A stretch of DNA of 64,000 nucleotides, from contig CBDBHJ010000006.1 in NCBI GenBank assembly GCA_965205435.1, positions 217,251-281,250 on the forward strand. The letters run 5' to 3'. Positions 34,765 through 44,440 of this stretch are shown piece by piece. Each line of letters starts with the position of its first letter. The stretch's first letter is position 1. The position numbers were made by a program, and so were the translations under genes. The DNA comes from Vicinamibacterales bacterium. Lineage in GTDB: Bacteria > Acidobacteriota > Vicinamibacteria > Vicinamibacterales > UBA8438. Under the pieces are notes generated by a model. The model saw nothing but the letters and a program-made list of their open reading frames with translations, had not been told where the DNA came from and searched no databases.

Positions 34765-35250
34765 TTACATCTTGTATTTGCCGAGATCCTCAGGGTCGAG
34801 GCTCTCGAGCCATTTGGCGAGCTGCTCCGAGTCGGCCTTGTCTGGTGAGAAGTCGAGGGTCTTCGCGTTGTCGATGACAACCTCATCCACGAGGATCGGT
34901 GCGCGGACCCGAAGGGCGAGCGCGATGGCGTCGCTCGGGCGCGCGTCGATGGCCACCACTTCCCCGCCGAGACGAAGATGGATGAGGGCGTAGAAGGTGT
35001 TGTCCTTGAGGTCGCATACCACGATCTTCTCGACGTCGGCCTTGAGGTCTTCGATGATATTGCGAAGAAGGTCGTGGGTCATCGGCCGAGGGGTCTCGAT
35101 GTTCGCGATCTGAAGCGCAATCGCGTTGGCTTCGAAGATCCCGACCCAGATCGGGAGGACGTGTTGGCCGTCCTCATCGCGAAGGATCACGATCGGCATG
35201 TTCGTGATCGGGTCGACCATCAAGCCCTTGATCGTCATCTCGATCAGCAT
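34765..35250 (-). CDS. bifunctional nuclease family protein (DUF151/BFN)
   Basis: ...PIVILRDEDGQHVLPIWVGIFEANAIA...RPMTHDLL...FYALIHL...IDARPSDAIALALR is the characteristic BFN pattern. Confidence 0.8.
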   Translation of the reverse strand: MLIEMTIKGLMVDPITNMPIVILRDEDGQHVLPIWVGIFEANAIALQIANIETPRPMTHDLLRNIIEDLKADVEKIVVCDLKDNTFYALIHLRLGGEVVAIDARPSDAIALALRVRAPILVDEVVIDNAKTLDFSPDKADSEQLAKWLESLDPEDLGKYKM

Positions 35251-35267
35251 GGCCAGCTCTGCCCTCT

Positions 35268-36659
35268 CTAGGCTCCAGGTGCCGCTGCTGTCGCGTTCGG
35301 CTTTGGCGGCTTCCTGAGGGTGGGGACCAGTCGCGAATCCAGCGCAAGCACTTCTCCGGAGAGGCTGTTCGGTCCGGCCCGTTGGATAGAAACATCGACG
35401 GTGTGCCCTATCCAGTCAGCCTGACCTGGGAAGTTGACGACCGTATTCTGACTGGTTCGCCCGGAGAGCTCCTCACGACGTCTCCGGCTTCTGGAATCGG
35501 CCAGAACACTGACCGTTCGTCCGACCTGTCGCTCGTGTAGCGAGGTCTGAATCGACTTCTGAAGAGCCTGCAGCGCCATGATTCGAACCGTCTTCTCGGA
35601 TTCCGGCACGCTGTCCGGAAGCCGGTGTGCCGCCAGGGTATTGGGTCGCTCCGAGTACTTGAACGAGAACATGCTATGATAACCAACCGCCGCCGTCAGC
35701 GACAGAGTTTCCTCAAACTGCTCGTGTGTCTCACCTGGGAACCCAACTATCATATCGGTCGATAGGGCGATGTCCTGGATGGTGTGGCGGATTTTTTCGA
35801 CCAGGTGAAGGTAGTCATCGCGGCTGTGGCGCCGGCGCATAGCACGGAGGACCGCAGTGGACCCTGACTGCACCGGCAAGTGGAGATGTCTGCAAACTTT
35901 TGGGAGGTTCCGCATCGTGTTGAGCATCCCCTGGGTGACATGTCGGGGGTGCGGGCTTGCAAAGCGAATACGTTCAACCTTCGGCACCTCGTGAACGAGC
36001 TCGAGCAATTTGGCGAAGTCACAATCTGCCAGATCGGGCGCCCGATAGTGGTTGACGATCTGTCCGAGTAGGTGGATCTCGCGGTGGCCAGCGTCCGCCG
36101 CCTGACGGACCTCTTCGACGATTTCTTTGGACGGACGCATCCGCTCATGGCCCCGGGTGTAGGGCACAACACAGAAGGCGCAGAAATCGTTGCAACCTTC
36201 GATAATCGTGATGAAGGCCCGCACCGGGTCATGTCTGACGGCGATACCCAGCGGGAAAGACACGTCGTCGTAGGGGTTGATATCGAACTGGTGGGTCCCT
36301 GAGTGTTCGGCCTCCGCTACGAGTACCGGCAACTGGCGAAGGGCTTGGGTTCCGACAACTACGTCGACGCCTGGAACGCGGCTGAAGATCCTCTCGCCCT
36401 CTTGCTGGGCGACGCATCCAATGACGGCGACCATCGGTTGGGTGTCCGGTGCTCGCTCGGCGGTCAGCAAGGCGAGGCGATTGAACAGCTTGTCTTCGGC
36501 GCGTTCTCGGACGCTGCACGTATTGACGACCACGAGATCCGCCTCTTCAACGTCGTCCGTGAGCTCGTATCCAGCCTGTTCAAGGAGGCCCGCGACGCGC
36601 TCGGAGTCGTGGACGTTCATCTGGCAGCCAAATGTCTCGATACACACCTTTCTAGCCAC
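35268..36659 (-). CDS. miaB: tRNA-i6A37 methylthiotransferase MiaB
   Basis: UPF0004 N-terminus ETFGCQMNVHDSE, radical-SAM CNDFCAFCVVP, and a C-terminal TRAM domain. GTG start. Confidence 0.9.
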   Translation of the reverse strand: MARKVCIETFGCQMNVHDSERVAGLLEQAGYELTDDVEEADLVVVNTCSVRERAEDKLFNRLALLTAERAPDTQPMVAVIGCVAQQEGERIFSRVPGVDVVVGTQALRQLPVLVAEAEHSGTHQFDINPYDDVSFPLGIAVRHDPVRAFITIIEGCNDFCAFCVVPYTRGHERMRPSKEIVEEVRQAADAGHREIHLLGQIVNHYRAPDLADCDFAKLLELVHEVPKVERIRFASPHPRHVTQGMLNTMRNLPKVCRHLHLPVQSGSTAVLRAMRRRHSRDDYLHLVEKIRHTIQDIALSTDMIVGFPGETHEQFEETLSLTAAVGYHSMFSFKYSERPNTLAAHRLPDSVPESEKTVRIMALQALQKSIQTSLHERQVGRTVSVLADSRSRRRREELSGRTSQNTVVNFPGQADWIGHTVDVSIQRAGPNSLSGEVLALDSRLVPTLRKPPKPNATAAAPGA

Positions 36660-38322
36660 GAGTTTTCGCCTTTCGCCTTTCGCTTTCGCCTTTCGTATTT
36701 TCTTTGCCTTTCAGCATCTCTCTTGCACCTACGCGGGCACCAGCCGAATCAGCGCCGGTCATCAGTCGTGCAAGCTCGGTCACTCTACCCTCTTCGGCCA
36801 GTTCTTCGATCTGTGTAATAGTTCGACCCTCGCGAACGACCTTCGACACGTGGTGGTGCGCCGTGGCGTACGCCGCGATCTGCGGGAGATGCGTCACGCA
36901 GATGACCTGATACTCGTGACTGAGATGCTTCATCATCGCTCCGACGCGATCTGCCACGACGCCGCCGATGCCGGCATCGACCTCATCGAACACCAGTGTC
37001 TTCCCAGGGTGGTCGGTCGTGGCCAACGTCTTGAGTGCCAGCATCACACGCGAGAGCTCGCCGCCCGAAGCAACTTTGGCCAGAGGGCGTAGCGTCTCAC
37101 CGAGATTGGCGGAGAAGAAGAACTCGACTGTGTCGACACCACGCTCGGTCCACTGGGTCTCGGGCAGCGGAACCGGTTCGAATCGCGCCTCGAATCGAGC
37201 GCGGGGAATCGCGAGGTCGGAGAGCACCTGCTGCAGCTCGGCAGCCAACCGTGGAGCGGCGCCTCGTCGGGCGCGTGACAATGTCTGCGCCACGCGGTCG
37301 TAGCTCGCCCGTCGGTCTGTCTCCTCGTGCTGTAGCGTCTCCAGCTGCTCGCTGCCCTCCGCGAGCGCCTTGAGCTCTTGCTCCGCGTGCTCGCGGTGCG
37401 CCACCACGTCATCAAGGGTCGGACCATACTTTCGTTTGAGGCGCTCCAGCTCGGCCAGCCGTTCCTCGACCGCGGCCAGCTCGTCTGGTGACACGTCGAT
37501 CTTCGCGGAGTACGACCTGAGAAAGAACGCCAGGTCTTCAAGCTGAGACTCCACACCTGCCCGCGACTGGGCATGCGTCGCAAACTGTTGGTCTAGCTCG
37601 GCGAGCTCGTCGATGTGCCGCCACACCTGGCCGAGACCGGCCAGGATGGAATCGTCTCGTTCATACAGGGCGACATAGGCCTGGCCGCACAGCGCTGCCA
37701 GCCGGTCAGCGTTCGCCAGCTTTAGACGCGTGGCCTGCAGCGTCGTGTCCTCCCCCACGGTTGGCGCGACACGATCGATCTCTTGATCCTGAAACGTGAG
37801 CAGATCAACTCGGTCGGCCCGGTCGCGGTCGCTCCGTCGCAGCTGGTCCAGTCGACCGCGAACCGCCCGCCACTCGCGATAGGCGTCGCCCACGGCCGAG
37901 ATCTCGTCATCCAGACCTGCGTAGGTATCGAGGAGCGTGAGATGATTTACCGGATCAAGCAGTGCCTGATGGTCATGCTGGCCGTGAAGATCCACCAAGC
38001 GGCGACCGACCTCTTGGAGCGCACTTGCCGTCGCCAACGTGTCGCCGATAAAGGCGCGACTACGGCCCTGAGCGGTGACCTCTCGCCTGAGGATCATGTC
38101 GTGTCCCGCGTCGTCCTCGACGGTTGCCTGGACACGTGCGCGCCCCTCGCCGGTCCGAACCAGGTCACTGGCGGCGCGACCGCCAACGAGGAGCCCCAGC
38201 GCGCCAAGGATGATTGATTTTCCCGCCCCGGTCTCGCCGGTCAGGACTGTCAGACCCGCCTGGAGCTCGAGCTCGAGCTCATCCACGACCGCGAGGTTCT
38301 GGATGCTGAGAAATCGAATCAT
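36652..38322 (-). CDS. recN: DNA repair protein RecN
   Basis: Start at MIRFLSIQNLAVV. Walker A GETGAGKSI, long coiled-coil, and C-terminal ...ASGGELSRVMLAL...LVFDEVDAGIGG. The 38424 start is an extension. Confidence 0.9.
   Translation of the reverse strand: MIRFLSIQNLAVVDELELELQAGLTVLTGETGAGKSIILGALGLLVGGRAASDLVRTGEGRARVQATVEDDAGHDMILRREVTAQGRSRAFIGDTLATASALQEVGRRLVDLHGQHDHQALLDPVNHLTLLDTYAGLDDEISAVGDAYREWRAVRGRLDQLRRSDRDRADRVDLLTFQDQEIDRVAPTVGEDTTLQATRLKLANADRLAALCGQAYVALYERDDSILAGLGQVWRHIDELAELDQQFATHAQSRAGVESQLEDLAFFLRSYSAKIDVSPDELAAVEERLAELERLKRKYGPTLDDVVAHREHAEQELKALAEGSEQLETLQHEETDRRASYDRVAQTLSRARRGAAPRLAAELQQVLSDLAIPRARFEARFEPVPLPETQWTERGVDTVEFFFSANLGETLRPLAKVASGGELSRVMLALKTLATTDHPGKTLVFDEVDAGIGGVVADRVGAMMKHLSHEYQVICVTHLPQIAAYATAHHHVSKVVREGRTITQIEELAEEGRVTELARLMTGADSAGARVGAREMLKGKENTKGESERRKAKTRG
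36664..36696. repeat. imperfect tandem 6-7-nt repeat (TTTCGCC)n
   Basis: TTTCGCC TTTCGCC TTTCGC TTTCGCC TTTCGT on the + strand. It encodes the basic C-terminal tail of RecN and lies just upstream of the miaB start. Confidence 0.8.
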
Positions 38323-38424
38323 CTGGACCGCCGCTTCGTCGACCCGATGTCGGCAGGATTGACGCCGATCCAATCGCGAACGGTGACGGGAACCAAGAGA
38401 AGGAAGTTCCATCGTATCATACAT

Positions 38425-38454
38425 TTGACAGCATCGAGGGGCGCGTGGTATCTT
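38425..38454 (+). promoter_or_regulatory. candidate promoter for the tol-pal operon
   Basis: TTGACA (38425-38430), 18-nt spacer, TATCTT (38449-38454). If real, it excludes the 38445 start proposed by the ORF track for tolQ. Confidence 0.3.
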
Positions 38455-38507
38455 CGCAGGACTGCGCTATCCCAGCGGCGCGCCAGTGTCACTTCGAAGG
38501 GGTTTGG

Positions 38508-39281
38508 GTGCGTAATTTTTTCTTCTACGCCCATTCCTTTCTTCAGACGCCAGGTGTCGTCGAAGCGTCGGAGGAGGGGTTTGGCGGCGGCGTTCTGGGA
38601 CTGATTCTTCGAGCCTCACTCCCATCTCAAGTTGTCCTTCTTATCCTGATCGTTTTCTCGATCGTGTCGTGGGCCGTCATTCTGCTCAAGCTCGTCCAGT
38701 TCCAGTCGGTCCATCGTCAAACCGCGAGCTTCATCGAGGTGTTCCGTCGAAGCAGCAAGTTCTCAGAGGTGCAGTCGGTGTGCAAGTCGTTGGCGAAGAG
38801 CCCGCTGACAGGTGTGTTTCAGGCGGGGTATGTCGAGCTCAACGCGCAGCTTCGGCAACCGGACGCCTCGACCGAGCCGACCCATGAGTCCGATAATCCG
38901 ACGGCGCGTCCAACACTGAAGAGCTTCGACGCGCTTGACCGCGCCTTGCTGAGGGCCTCGACCACGGAGGTTGCGAAGCTGGAACGCCGGGTGCCGTTCT
39001 TGGCCACAACCGCGAGTATCACCCCGTTTATTGGGCTCCTGGGGACGGTGTGGGGGATTATCATCGCCTTCCAGGGAATCGGTGACACCGGTTCGACAAG
39101 TCTGGCGGTTGTGGCCCCGGGGATTGCCGAGGCACTCGTCGCGACGGCGGCGGGACTCTTCGCCGCGATTCCGGCGGTCTACTTCTACAACCACCTTACG
39201 CAAAGGGTGAAGGAGATGGCCGCGTCGCTCGACGACTTTTCACTGGAGTTCCTCAATATCGCCGAGAGGAATTTTTCGTAG
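38508..39281 (+). CDS. tolQ: TolQ (MotA/TolQ/ExbB proton channel)
   Basis: ...LILRASLPSQVVLLILIVFSIVSWAVILLK aligns with the TolQ N-terminus. C-terminal ...TASITPFIGLLGTVWGII.AF. The start is uncertain (GTG 38508 preferred over 38445). Confidence 0.85.
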   Translation: MRNFFFYAHSFLQTPGVVEASEEGFGGGVLGLILRASLPSQVVLLILIVFSIVSWAVILLKLVQFQSVHRQTASFIEVFRRSSKFSEVQSVCKSLAKSPLTGVFQAGYVELNAQLRQPDASTEPTHESDNPTARPTLKSFDALDRALLRASTTEVAKLERRVPFLATTASITPFIGLLGTVWGIIIAFQGIGDTGSTSLAVVAPGIAEALVATAAGLFAAIPAVYFYNHLTQRVKEMAASLDDFSLEFLNIAERNFS

Positions 39282-39290
39282 GACACGAGA

Positions 39291-39752
39291 ATGCCGAAGA
39301 TTCAACCGCAGGGCGGGCATGGCAGTGGACATCGAGGTCGGCGTGGTCCGCGGGTCGGGACGGCACTGTCGGAGATCAACGTCGTCCCACTCGTCGACGT
39401 CATGCTGGTCATGCTGATCATCTTCATGGTAGCGGCACCGATGATGCAGAGAGGTCTAGATGTGAGTCTTCCTGAGTCGCGCCGTGCCGACCAGATCAGC
39501 TCGGAGCGGATCTTTGTCACGATTCCGATGAGCTTTCGTTCCGACCAGGTGCTTCAGGTCGACGAGGAGCCGGTTCGGTTTGAAGTTTTACGCGAATTGA
39601 TCCAGCAGGTCATGGACGGCCAGAGTGACCGCCAGGTCTTTGTGCGTGGCGACGGCGGGATTACGTACCAGGAGCTGATCAACGTGATGGACGAGCTCAA
39701 GGCCGGAGGGGTGCAGGAAGTCGGTCTCATCACCGAGCTCCCGCGGCCCTAA
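39291..39752 (+). CDS. tolR: TolR (ExbD/TolR family)
   Basis: LSEINVVPLVDVMLVMLIIFMV is the signature TM helix with the conserved Asp. 153 aa. Confidence 0.85.
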   Translation: MPKIQPQGGHGSGHRGRRGPRVGTALSEINVVPLVDVMLVMLIIFMVAAPMMQRGLDVSLPESRRADQISSERIFVTIPMSFRSDQVLQVDEEPVRFEVLRELIQQVMDGQSDRQVFVRGDGGITYQELINVMDELKAGGVQEVGLITELPRP

Positions 39753-39866
39753 TTCGAAGGCGGTGACGTCCCGGTGCGACAGACTATGGACACCGTCCTT
39801 CGGCAGACGCACACGGTGGCAGGGCCGCCCGAATAGCCAGATCTGTCGTGTGTAGGTCACAAGCTC

Positions 39867-40652
39867 GTGAGAGAAGCCGCCTCACAGGTGTTGTCGGAGC
39901 GAGCCACAGAATCCGACGGGTTACGTCGGACTCTCGCCGTGTCGGTGGGGGTGCATCTGGTCGCGGTTGTCGCCCTCCTGGCCGCACCTGCGACGTTGCT
40001 CGACATCACGGAGGATGAGCCTGTCTCGATGAGTATTCGATTGGGAGGTCCGGATGGTCCCGGCGAGGGCGGGCTCACGCCACTCGGGGCACGCCCGATC
40101 CAGCAGGTCATCCCTCTGATAGAGGCGCGGCGTCCACAGTGGATCCAGCCCCCAGCGGACACGGCCCCTGAGGTAATGGTTCCGGTCGAAGACGCACCGC
40201 GCGTTGAGCCGGAGAGCGAGGTCGAGACCGCACCCGAGGAGGCTCGGGGGCGGCAGCTGACCCGTGGCCCCCAGTTACGCGACGGCAACGCGATGTCCGA
40301 GACGGGCGCCGACGGGATCGGTGTCGGGTTATCTGCTGGTGGTCTTGGCGGCAGCGGAGCTGAGCTCAGTTTGAGTGACTTCTGCTGTCCCGAGTATCTG
40401 GCGACGATGGTGTCGCTGATTCGAGAACGATGGGATTCGAATCAGGAGACCGCTGGAGCTGCCGTCGTCCGCTTCACGGTGCGACGCGACGGAGGGATCG
40501 ATGCAGTGAGCGTCGACCGGTCCAGCGGATATATCGCGCTCGATCAGAGCGCGCGTCGCGCCATTCTCTTGACCCGCGAGCTTCCGCCACTGCCGGCCTT
40601 GTTTATGGAAAACAGTCTAACCGTTCGCCTAACATTCGAGTATCGACGATGA
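39867..40652 (+). CDS. TolA-like protein with TonB-type C-terminal domain
   Basis: One TM segment, a Pro/Glu-rich spacer, and a TonB_C-like end (...VVRFTVRRDGGIDAVSVDRSSGYIALDQSARRAI). Its position between tolR and tolB supports the call. Confidence 0.6.
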   Translation: MREAASQVLSERATESDGLRRTLAVSVGVHLVAVVALLAAPATLLDITEDEPVSMSIRLGGPDGPGEGGLTPLGARPIQQVIPLIEARRPQWIQPPADTAPEVMVPVEDAPRVEPESEVETAPEEARGRQLTRGPQLRDGNAMSETGADGIGVGLSAGGLGGSGAELSLSDFCCPEYLATMVSLIRERWDSNQETAGAAVVRFTVRRDGGIDAVSVDRSSGYIALDQSARRAILLTRELPPLPALFMENSLTVRLTFEYRR

Positions 40653-42022
40653 GACGAATTCTTCGCACGCTGGTGTCGGTCAGCATGCTCAGTAGCGCTG
40701 TTCTGGTGTCCGGTCAACAGCCGGATGGACCGCCCCAACTCCCTCGCCCTCGGTCCGAAGTCGATCTAGTTATCGGCGACCGCATCGGCACGCAGCCGAG
40801 AATCGCGGTCCCCGACTGCCTCGCGCTGTCAGACGATGCCGAGACGGTGGCCATCGCGAAGACCATCGCGGAAGTCCTCTGGGACGACCTCGATTTCGAG
40901 CGTGAGTTCCGAATGGTTGCACGCGACACGTATGAGTCGATCCCGGCCGCGCGGTCGCTCACCGATCTGCCGCTGGATGCCTGGCGGGAGCTCGGCGCCG
41001 ATGGCATCGTGAGTTGCTCCGTCGAACGAGTTGAGGACAATCAGCTCAGGCTCACGGCTCGGTTATTCAATGCGCGGTCGATGGCCTCGGCGTTCGGCGT
41101 GGAATACTCCGGCTCGCTGGCCAGCGTGCGGACGTATGCTCACCAGCTCTCTGACGAGATCCACCGGCATCAGCGCGGTCTCCGAGGCGTCGCGCGGTCG
41201 AAGATTGCATTCATCTCTGATCGCGACAGCGAATCGATGCTCGGTCTCGTCGAGAACCGTGCGACCAAGGAGGTGTACTTCGCGGACTATGACGGCGTGA
41301 ACGTCAGGCGGGTCACCATCAGTCGAACGCTCAACAATAACCCGGCCTGGTCTCCGGATGGCCGCGCAATCGCCTACACGGCGTGGCGCCCGTATATGGA
41401 TGTCCTCGTCTCGCACATCTACCAGGGTCGGCTCGAGTCGCCGGCGAGTGGAACCTCAGACGTGCAGAACTGGCTGCCTGCCTGGTCCCCGGATGGAACC
41501 CAGCTCGCGTTCACCTCCAACCGTGACGGACAGCCAGAGCTCTATGCCATCAACGCGGACGGGAGTGGGTTACGACGCCTCACGAATCATCCCGGCATCG
41601 ACACCAGTCCGACCTGGTCACCTCAGGGGCACCAACTGGCCTTCATATCTGACCGAACCGGTTCGCCGCAGCTGTATGTGGTCGGCGCCGACGGGACGGG
41701 TTTGCGACGACTCACATTCGAATCACATTGTGATCGCCCGACCTGGTCACCCGCGCCGTACAACGAGATCGCGTATTCATCGCAGACTGGACCTGGGCAC
41801 GACATCAAGGTCCTCGATCTGGCGACCAACGAAGTCCGTCAGCTGACCTTCGGTCTCGGCACCAACGAGAGTCCAAGCTATGCGCCGAACGGACGGCACA
41901 TCGCCTTCTCGTCGACCCGTGGGAGTGGCAACAAACAAGTCTGGGTGATCGGACGCGATGGACGAGGTCTTCGGCGGATCACGAACGTTGGAAACAACGA
42001 GATGCCGAGCTGGTCGCCATGA
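40649..42022 (+). CDS. tolB: TolB periplasmic beta-propeller protein
   Basis: Signal peptide from MRRILRTL. Repeated ...PAWSPDG..IAF.S.R.G..ELY... propeller blades. ATGA overlap with the preceding gene. The 40430 start is an extension. Confidence 0.88.
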   Translation: MRRILRTLVSVSMLSSAVLVSGQQPDGPPQLPRPRSEVDLVIGDRIGTQPRIAVPDCLALSDDAETVAIAKTIAEVLWDDLDFEREFRMVARDTYESIPAARSLTDLPLDAWRELGADGIVSCSVERVEDNQLRLTARLFNARSMASAFGVEYSGSLASVRTYAHQLSDEIHRHQRGLRGVARSKIAFISDRDSESMLGLVENRATKEVYFADYDGVNVRRVTISRTLNNNPAWSPDGRAIAYTAWRPYMDVLVSHIYQGRLESPASGTSDVQNWLPAWSPDGTQLAFTSNRDGQPELYAINADGSGLRRLTNHPGIDTSPTWSPQGHQLAFISDRTGSPQLYVVGADGTGLRRLTFESHCDRPTWSPAPYNEIAYSSQTGPGHDIKVLDLATNEVRQLTFGLGTNESPSYAPNGRHIAFSSTRGSGNKQVWVIGRDGRGLRRITNVGNNEMPSWSP

Positions 42023-42050
42023 ATCGGTTGCGTTTCACGAGGGAGATTCG

Positions 42051-42635
42051 ATGCGTAGTAGTGGAGTGACACTCGTGGCCCGACTCTTGGGACTTGCGCT
42101 GGCTGGCATGGTCGCCGCGGCCTGTGTTCGCAACCCACCGCCAGTGCAGCCTGACGCGCCGCCGCCACCGCCGCCAGCAGGCCAGACGAGCCGCACACCG
42201 CCGCCCCCCCCGGGGCCACCTCCATCGCCCCCAACCCCACCCCCGATCGGCGAAGAGGATGAGTTCGCGGCACGTAGTTTGGAGGATCTCAACCGCGAGT
42301 CGCCGCTCCAGCCTGTGTTTTTTGAGTACGATCGATCCGAGTTGAGCCCACAGGGGCAATCGGTTCTCGAGGCAAACGCCGACATCCTCAGACGCTATCC
42401 AACTTGGGTCATCACGATCGAGGGGCACTGTGATGAGCGCGGCAGCCCCGAGTACAACTTGGGTCTCGGCGAGCGACGGGCCTTGGTGGCTCAGGAGTAC
42501 CTCATGGGCTTGGGGTTAGGCTCCGATCGGATCAATACCGTCAGCTACGGGAAGGAGTTCCCGTTCGATCCTGGGCACACCCCCGAGGCGTGGGCACGAA
42601 ACCGACGGGCTCATTTTGTGATCACCGATCGGTAA
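42051..42635 (+). CDS. pal: peptidoglycan-associated lipoprotein Pal (OmpA family)
   Basis: Lipobox VAAAC, Pro-rich linker, and an OmpA-like domain (VFFEYDRSEL......IEGHCDERGSPEYNLGLGERRA). A GGGAG SD precedes the ATG at 42051. Confidence 0.88.
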   Translation: MRSSGVTLVARLLGLALAGMVAAACVRNPPPVQPDAPPPPPPAGQTSRTPPPPPGPPPSPPTPPPIGEEDEFAARSLEDLNRESPLQPVFFEYDRSELSPQGQSVLEANADILRRYPTWVITIEGHCDERGSPEYNLGLGERRALVAQEYLMGLGLGSDRINTVSYGKEFPFDPGHTPEAWARNRRAHFVITDR

Positions 42636-42694
42636 GGCGGACTTTCGTAGCGTCGAGGTTTGCGCTAATCTGAATTGGGATGGGGGCAGATAAT

Positions 42695-43540
42695 ATGAGC
42701 CGCGGTGTCATCGTCACGTGCCTGATGGCCACGACCCTTCTGGCGTTTTCAGGGCAAGCGAACGGCCAGAACCGGGAGCGTCAGCAGATCATGGCCGACC
42801 TGCGCATGTTGCACGAGCAGACTATGCGGCTGCAGCTGCAGATCTCGGCACTTGACGAATCGCTCCAGCTCCTGACGACGCAATTGGCGACCCAGGCCGA
42901 GGCAACGGTGCGGGCCTTCGCGGATCAGCGATTGCAGGTGGACGGCGTCGCGGGCGATGTGAGAATCCTGCGGGAAAAGCTCGACGACACGAGCGTTCGG
43001 ATTTCGTCCATGTCACAGGAGGTCGAGGCACTGCGGGTAGCGATACCACCGATGGCGGTTCCGATGACTCAGTTACTCACCGACCCGGAGACCGGTCTAC
43101 CCCTCGAGCCCCTAGCCGATTCGGTCGCGCCACCGCCGGTGGCCGCGACGAGTCCAGGTGTGTCACCGCGCCGCACGTATGACACGGCCTGGGCCGACTA
43201 CACGAACGGCCAGTGGGTGTTGGCCGTCGAGGGGTTTGAAGCGTACCTAAAGACGTTCCCACGGTCTGAGCTTGCAGATGACGCACAGTTCTATATTGGC
43301 CAGACCTACTATGCGGACGGGCAGTTCCGTGAAGCGGTGGCGGCGTTCGAACAGGTGCTCTTGAATCACCCGGACGGTGACGTCGTTCCGGAAGCCTCCT
43401 ACAAGCGGGGGTTGGCCCTCGACCGATTGGGCGAAACCGACCGCGCCCGGCAGGCGTTCGAGCTCGTGGCCACGAATTATCCAGACAGTACGATGGCCAC
43501 GCTCGCACAGCAGGCCCTCGACCGAATCAGCCAACCGTAG
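42695..43540 (+). CDS. cpoB: Tol-Pal system protein CpoB/YbgF
   Basis: Signal peptide, coiled-coil, and C-terminal TPR repeats (...[26 protein letters not shown]...[13 protein letters not shown]). Located after pal. Confidence 0.8.
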   Translation: MSRGVIVTCLMATTLLAFSGQANGQNRERQQIMADLRMLHEQTMRLQLQISALDESLQLLTTQLATQAEATVRAFADQRLQVDGVAGDVRILREKLDDTSVRISSMSQEVEALRVAIPPMAVPMTQLLTDPETGLPLEPLADSVAPPPVAATSPGVSPRRTYDTAWADYTNGQWVLAVEGFEAYLKTFPRSELADDAQFYIGQTYYADGQFREAVAAFEQVLLNHPDGDVVPEASYKRGLALDRLGETDRARQAFELVATNYPDSTMATLAQQALDRISQP

Positions 43541-43553
43541 AGGGCGGACATTT

Positions 43554-44003
43554 ATGGGCAGCGTGAACAAGGTCATCCTCGTGGGCAACCTCGGCCGTGA
43601 CGCCGAGATCCGATACACCTCAGGCGGGACTGCGGTCGCCACGTTAAGTCTGGCCACGACCGATGTCTGGACCGACAAGGGCGGACAGCGGCAGGAGAAG
43701 ACGGAGTGGCATCGAGTGGTGCTCTGGGGGAAGACAGCGGAAACGCTCCAGGAGTATCTCCTGAAGGGCCGTCAAATCTATATCGAGGGACGTCTCCAGA
43801 CTCGGCAATGGGACGATCGGGATGGAAACAAGCGATACACGACGGAGACCCGTGCCGATCGGGTCGTGCTGCTGGGCGGACGGGGCGGCGGAGGCGGCGG
43901 GGGTATGTCTCGCGGCGACGACCCGGGTCATCCTACCGGCCCACCCGGGCCGGGCGGGCCGAGTGAGCCATCCGAGCTGACCGAGGACGACATCCCCTTC
44001 TAG
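43554..44003 (+). CDS. ssb: single-stranded DNA-binding protein
   Basis: [22 protein letters not shown]...[13 protein letters not shown] fold, a Gly-rich linker, and the acidic tail DDIPF. The 43377 start is an extension. Confidence 0.92.
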   Translation: MGSVNKVILVGNLGRDAEIRYTSGGTAVATLSLATTDVWTDKGGQRQEKTEWHRVVLWGKTAETLQEYLLKGRQIYIEGRLQTRQWDDRDGNKRYTTETRADRVVLLGGRGGGGGGGMSRGDDPGHPTGPPGPGGPSEPSELTEDDIPF

Positions 44004-44064
44004 GCGCTGTATCCCGTCCCACCGGCATCGGCACAACGTGGCTCAGCCTCAGGACGGGGGGGCA

Positions 44065-44424
44065 CTACGAGTCGGCGCGGCCGTAGCGGTCTTCCAATCT
44101 CACGACGTCGTCGAGCTCCGGGGTTGAGACCTCGATGATGTCGCAATCCTCAACTGCCGTCATCCGGTGGACCGTCTTGGGCGTGACGTGGACACGTTCG
44201 CCCGGCGTCATCTCAAAGGTGGTCGTCTTCCCATCGCGGATGATCTCGAACTCCAGCCGACCGCTCCACAGCAGAATCGTCTCATCCTTCACGTTGTGAT
44301 ACTGCAGACTAAGCGCATGTCCGGCATCGACATGAATGATCTTGCCCACATACCGATCGGTCTTCGCCCAGTGCAGCTCGTAGCCCCACGGTTTGTCAAC
44401 GCGCGTCACGTCCGGTTTGGTCAC
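44065..44424 (-). CDS. cupin domain protein
   Basis: 119 aa. KPWGYELHWA...GHALSLQYHNVKDETILL...VHRM matches the cupin motifs of type II phosphomannose isomerase-like proteins. Confidence 0.7.
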   Translation of the reverse strand: MTKPDVTRVDKPWGYELHWAKTDRYVGKIIHVDAGHALSLQYHNVKDETILLWSGRLEFEIIRDGKTTTFEMTPGERVHVTPKTVHRMTAVEDCDIIEVSTPELDDVVRLEDRYGRADS

Positions 44425-44440
44425 GGTTCTCCTCTCCGCC

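Noticed and set aside
40430-40648. N-terminal extensions of track ORFs (TolB 40430, ssb 43377, asd 22530, lysC 21191, pal 41958, thrC 18800, recN 38424, hydrolase 14865, lipoprotein 26427)
   Set aside because: The extended parts overlap the preceding genes and lack homology-like sequence. Internal starts give canonical N-termini (signal peptides, Rossmann or Walker motifs), and often ATGA coupling or a good SD.
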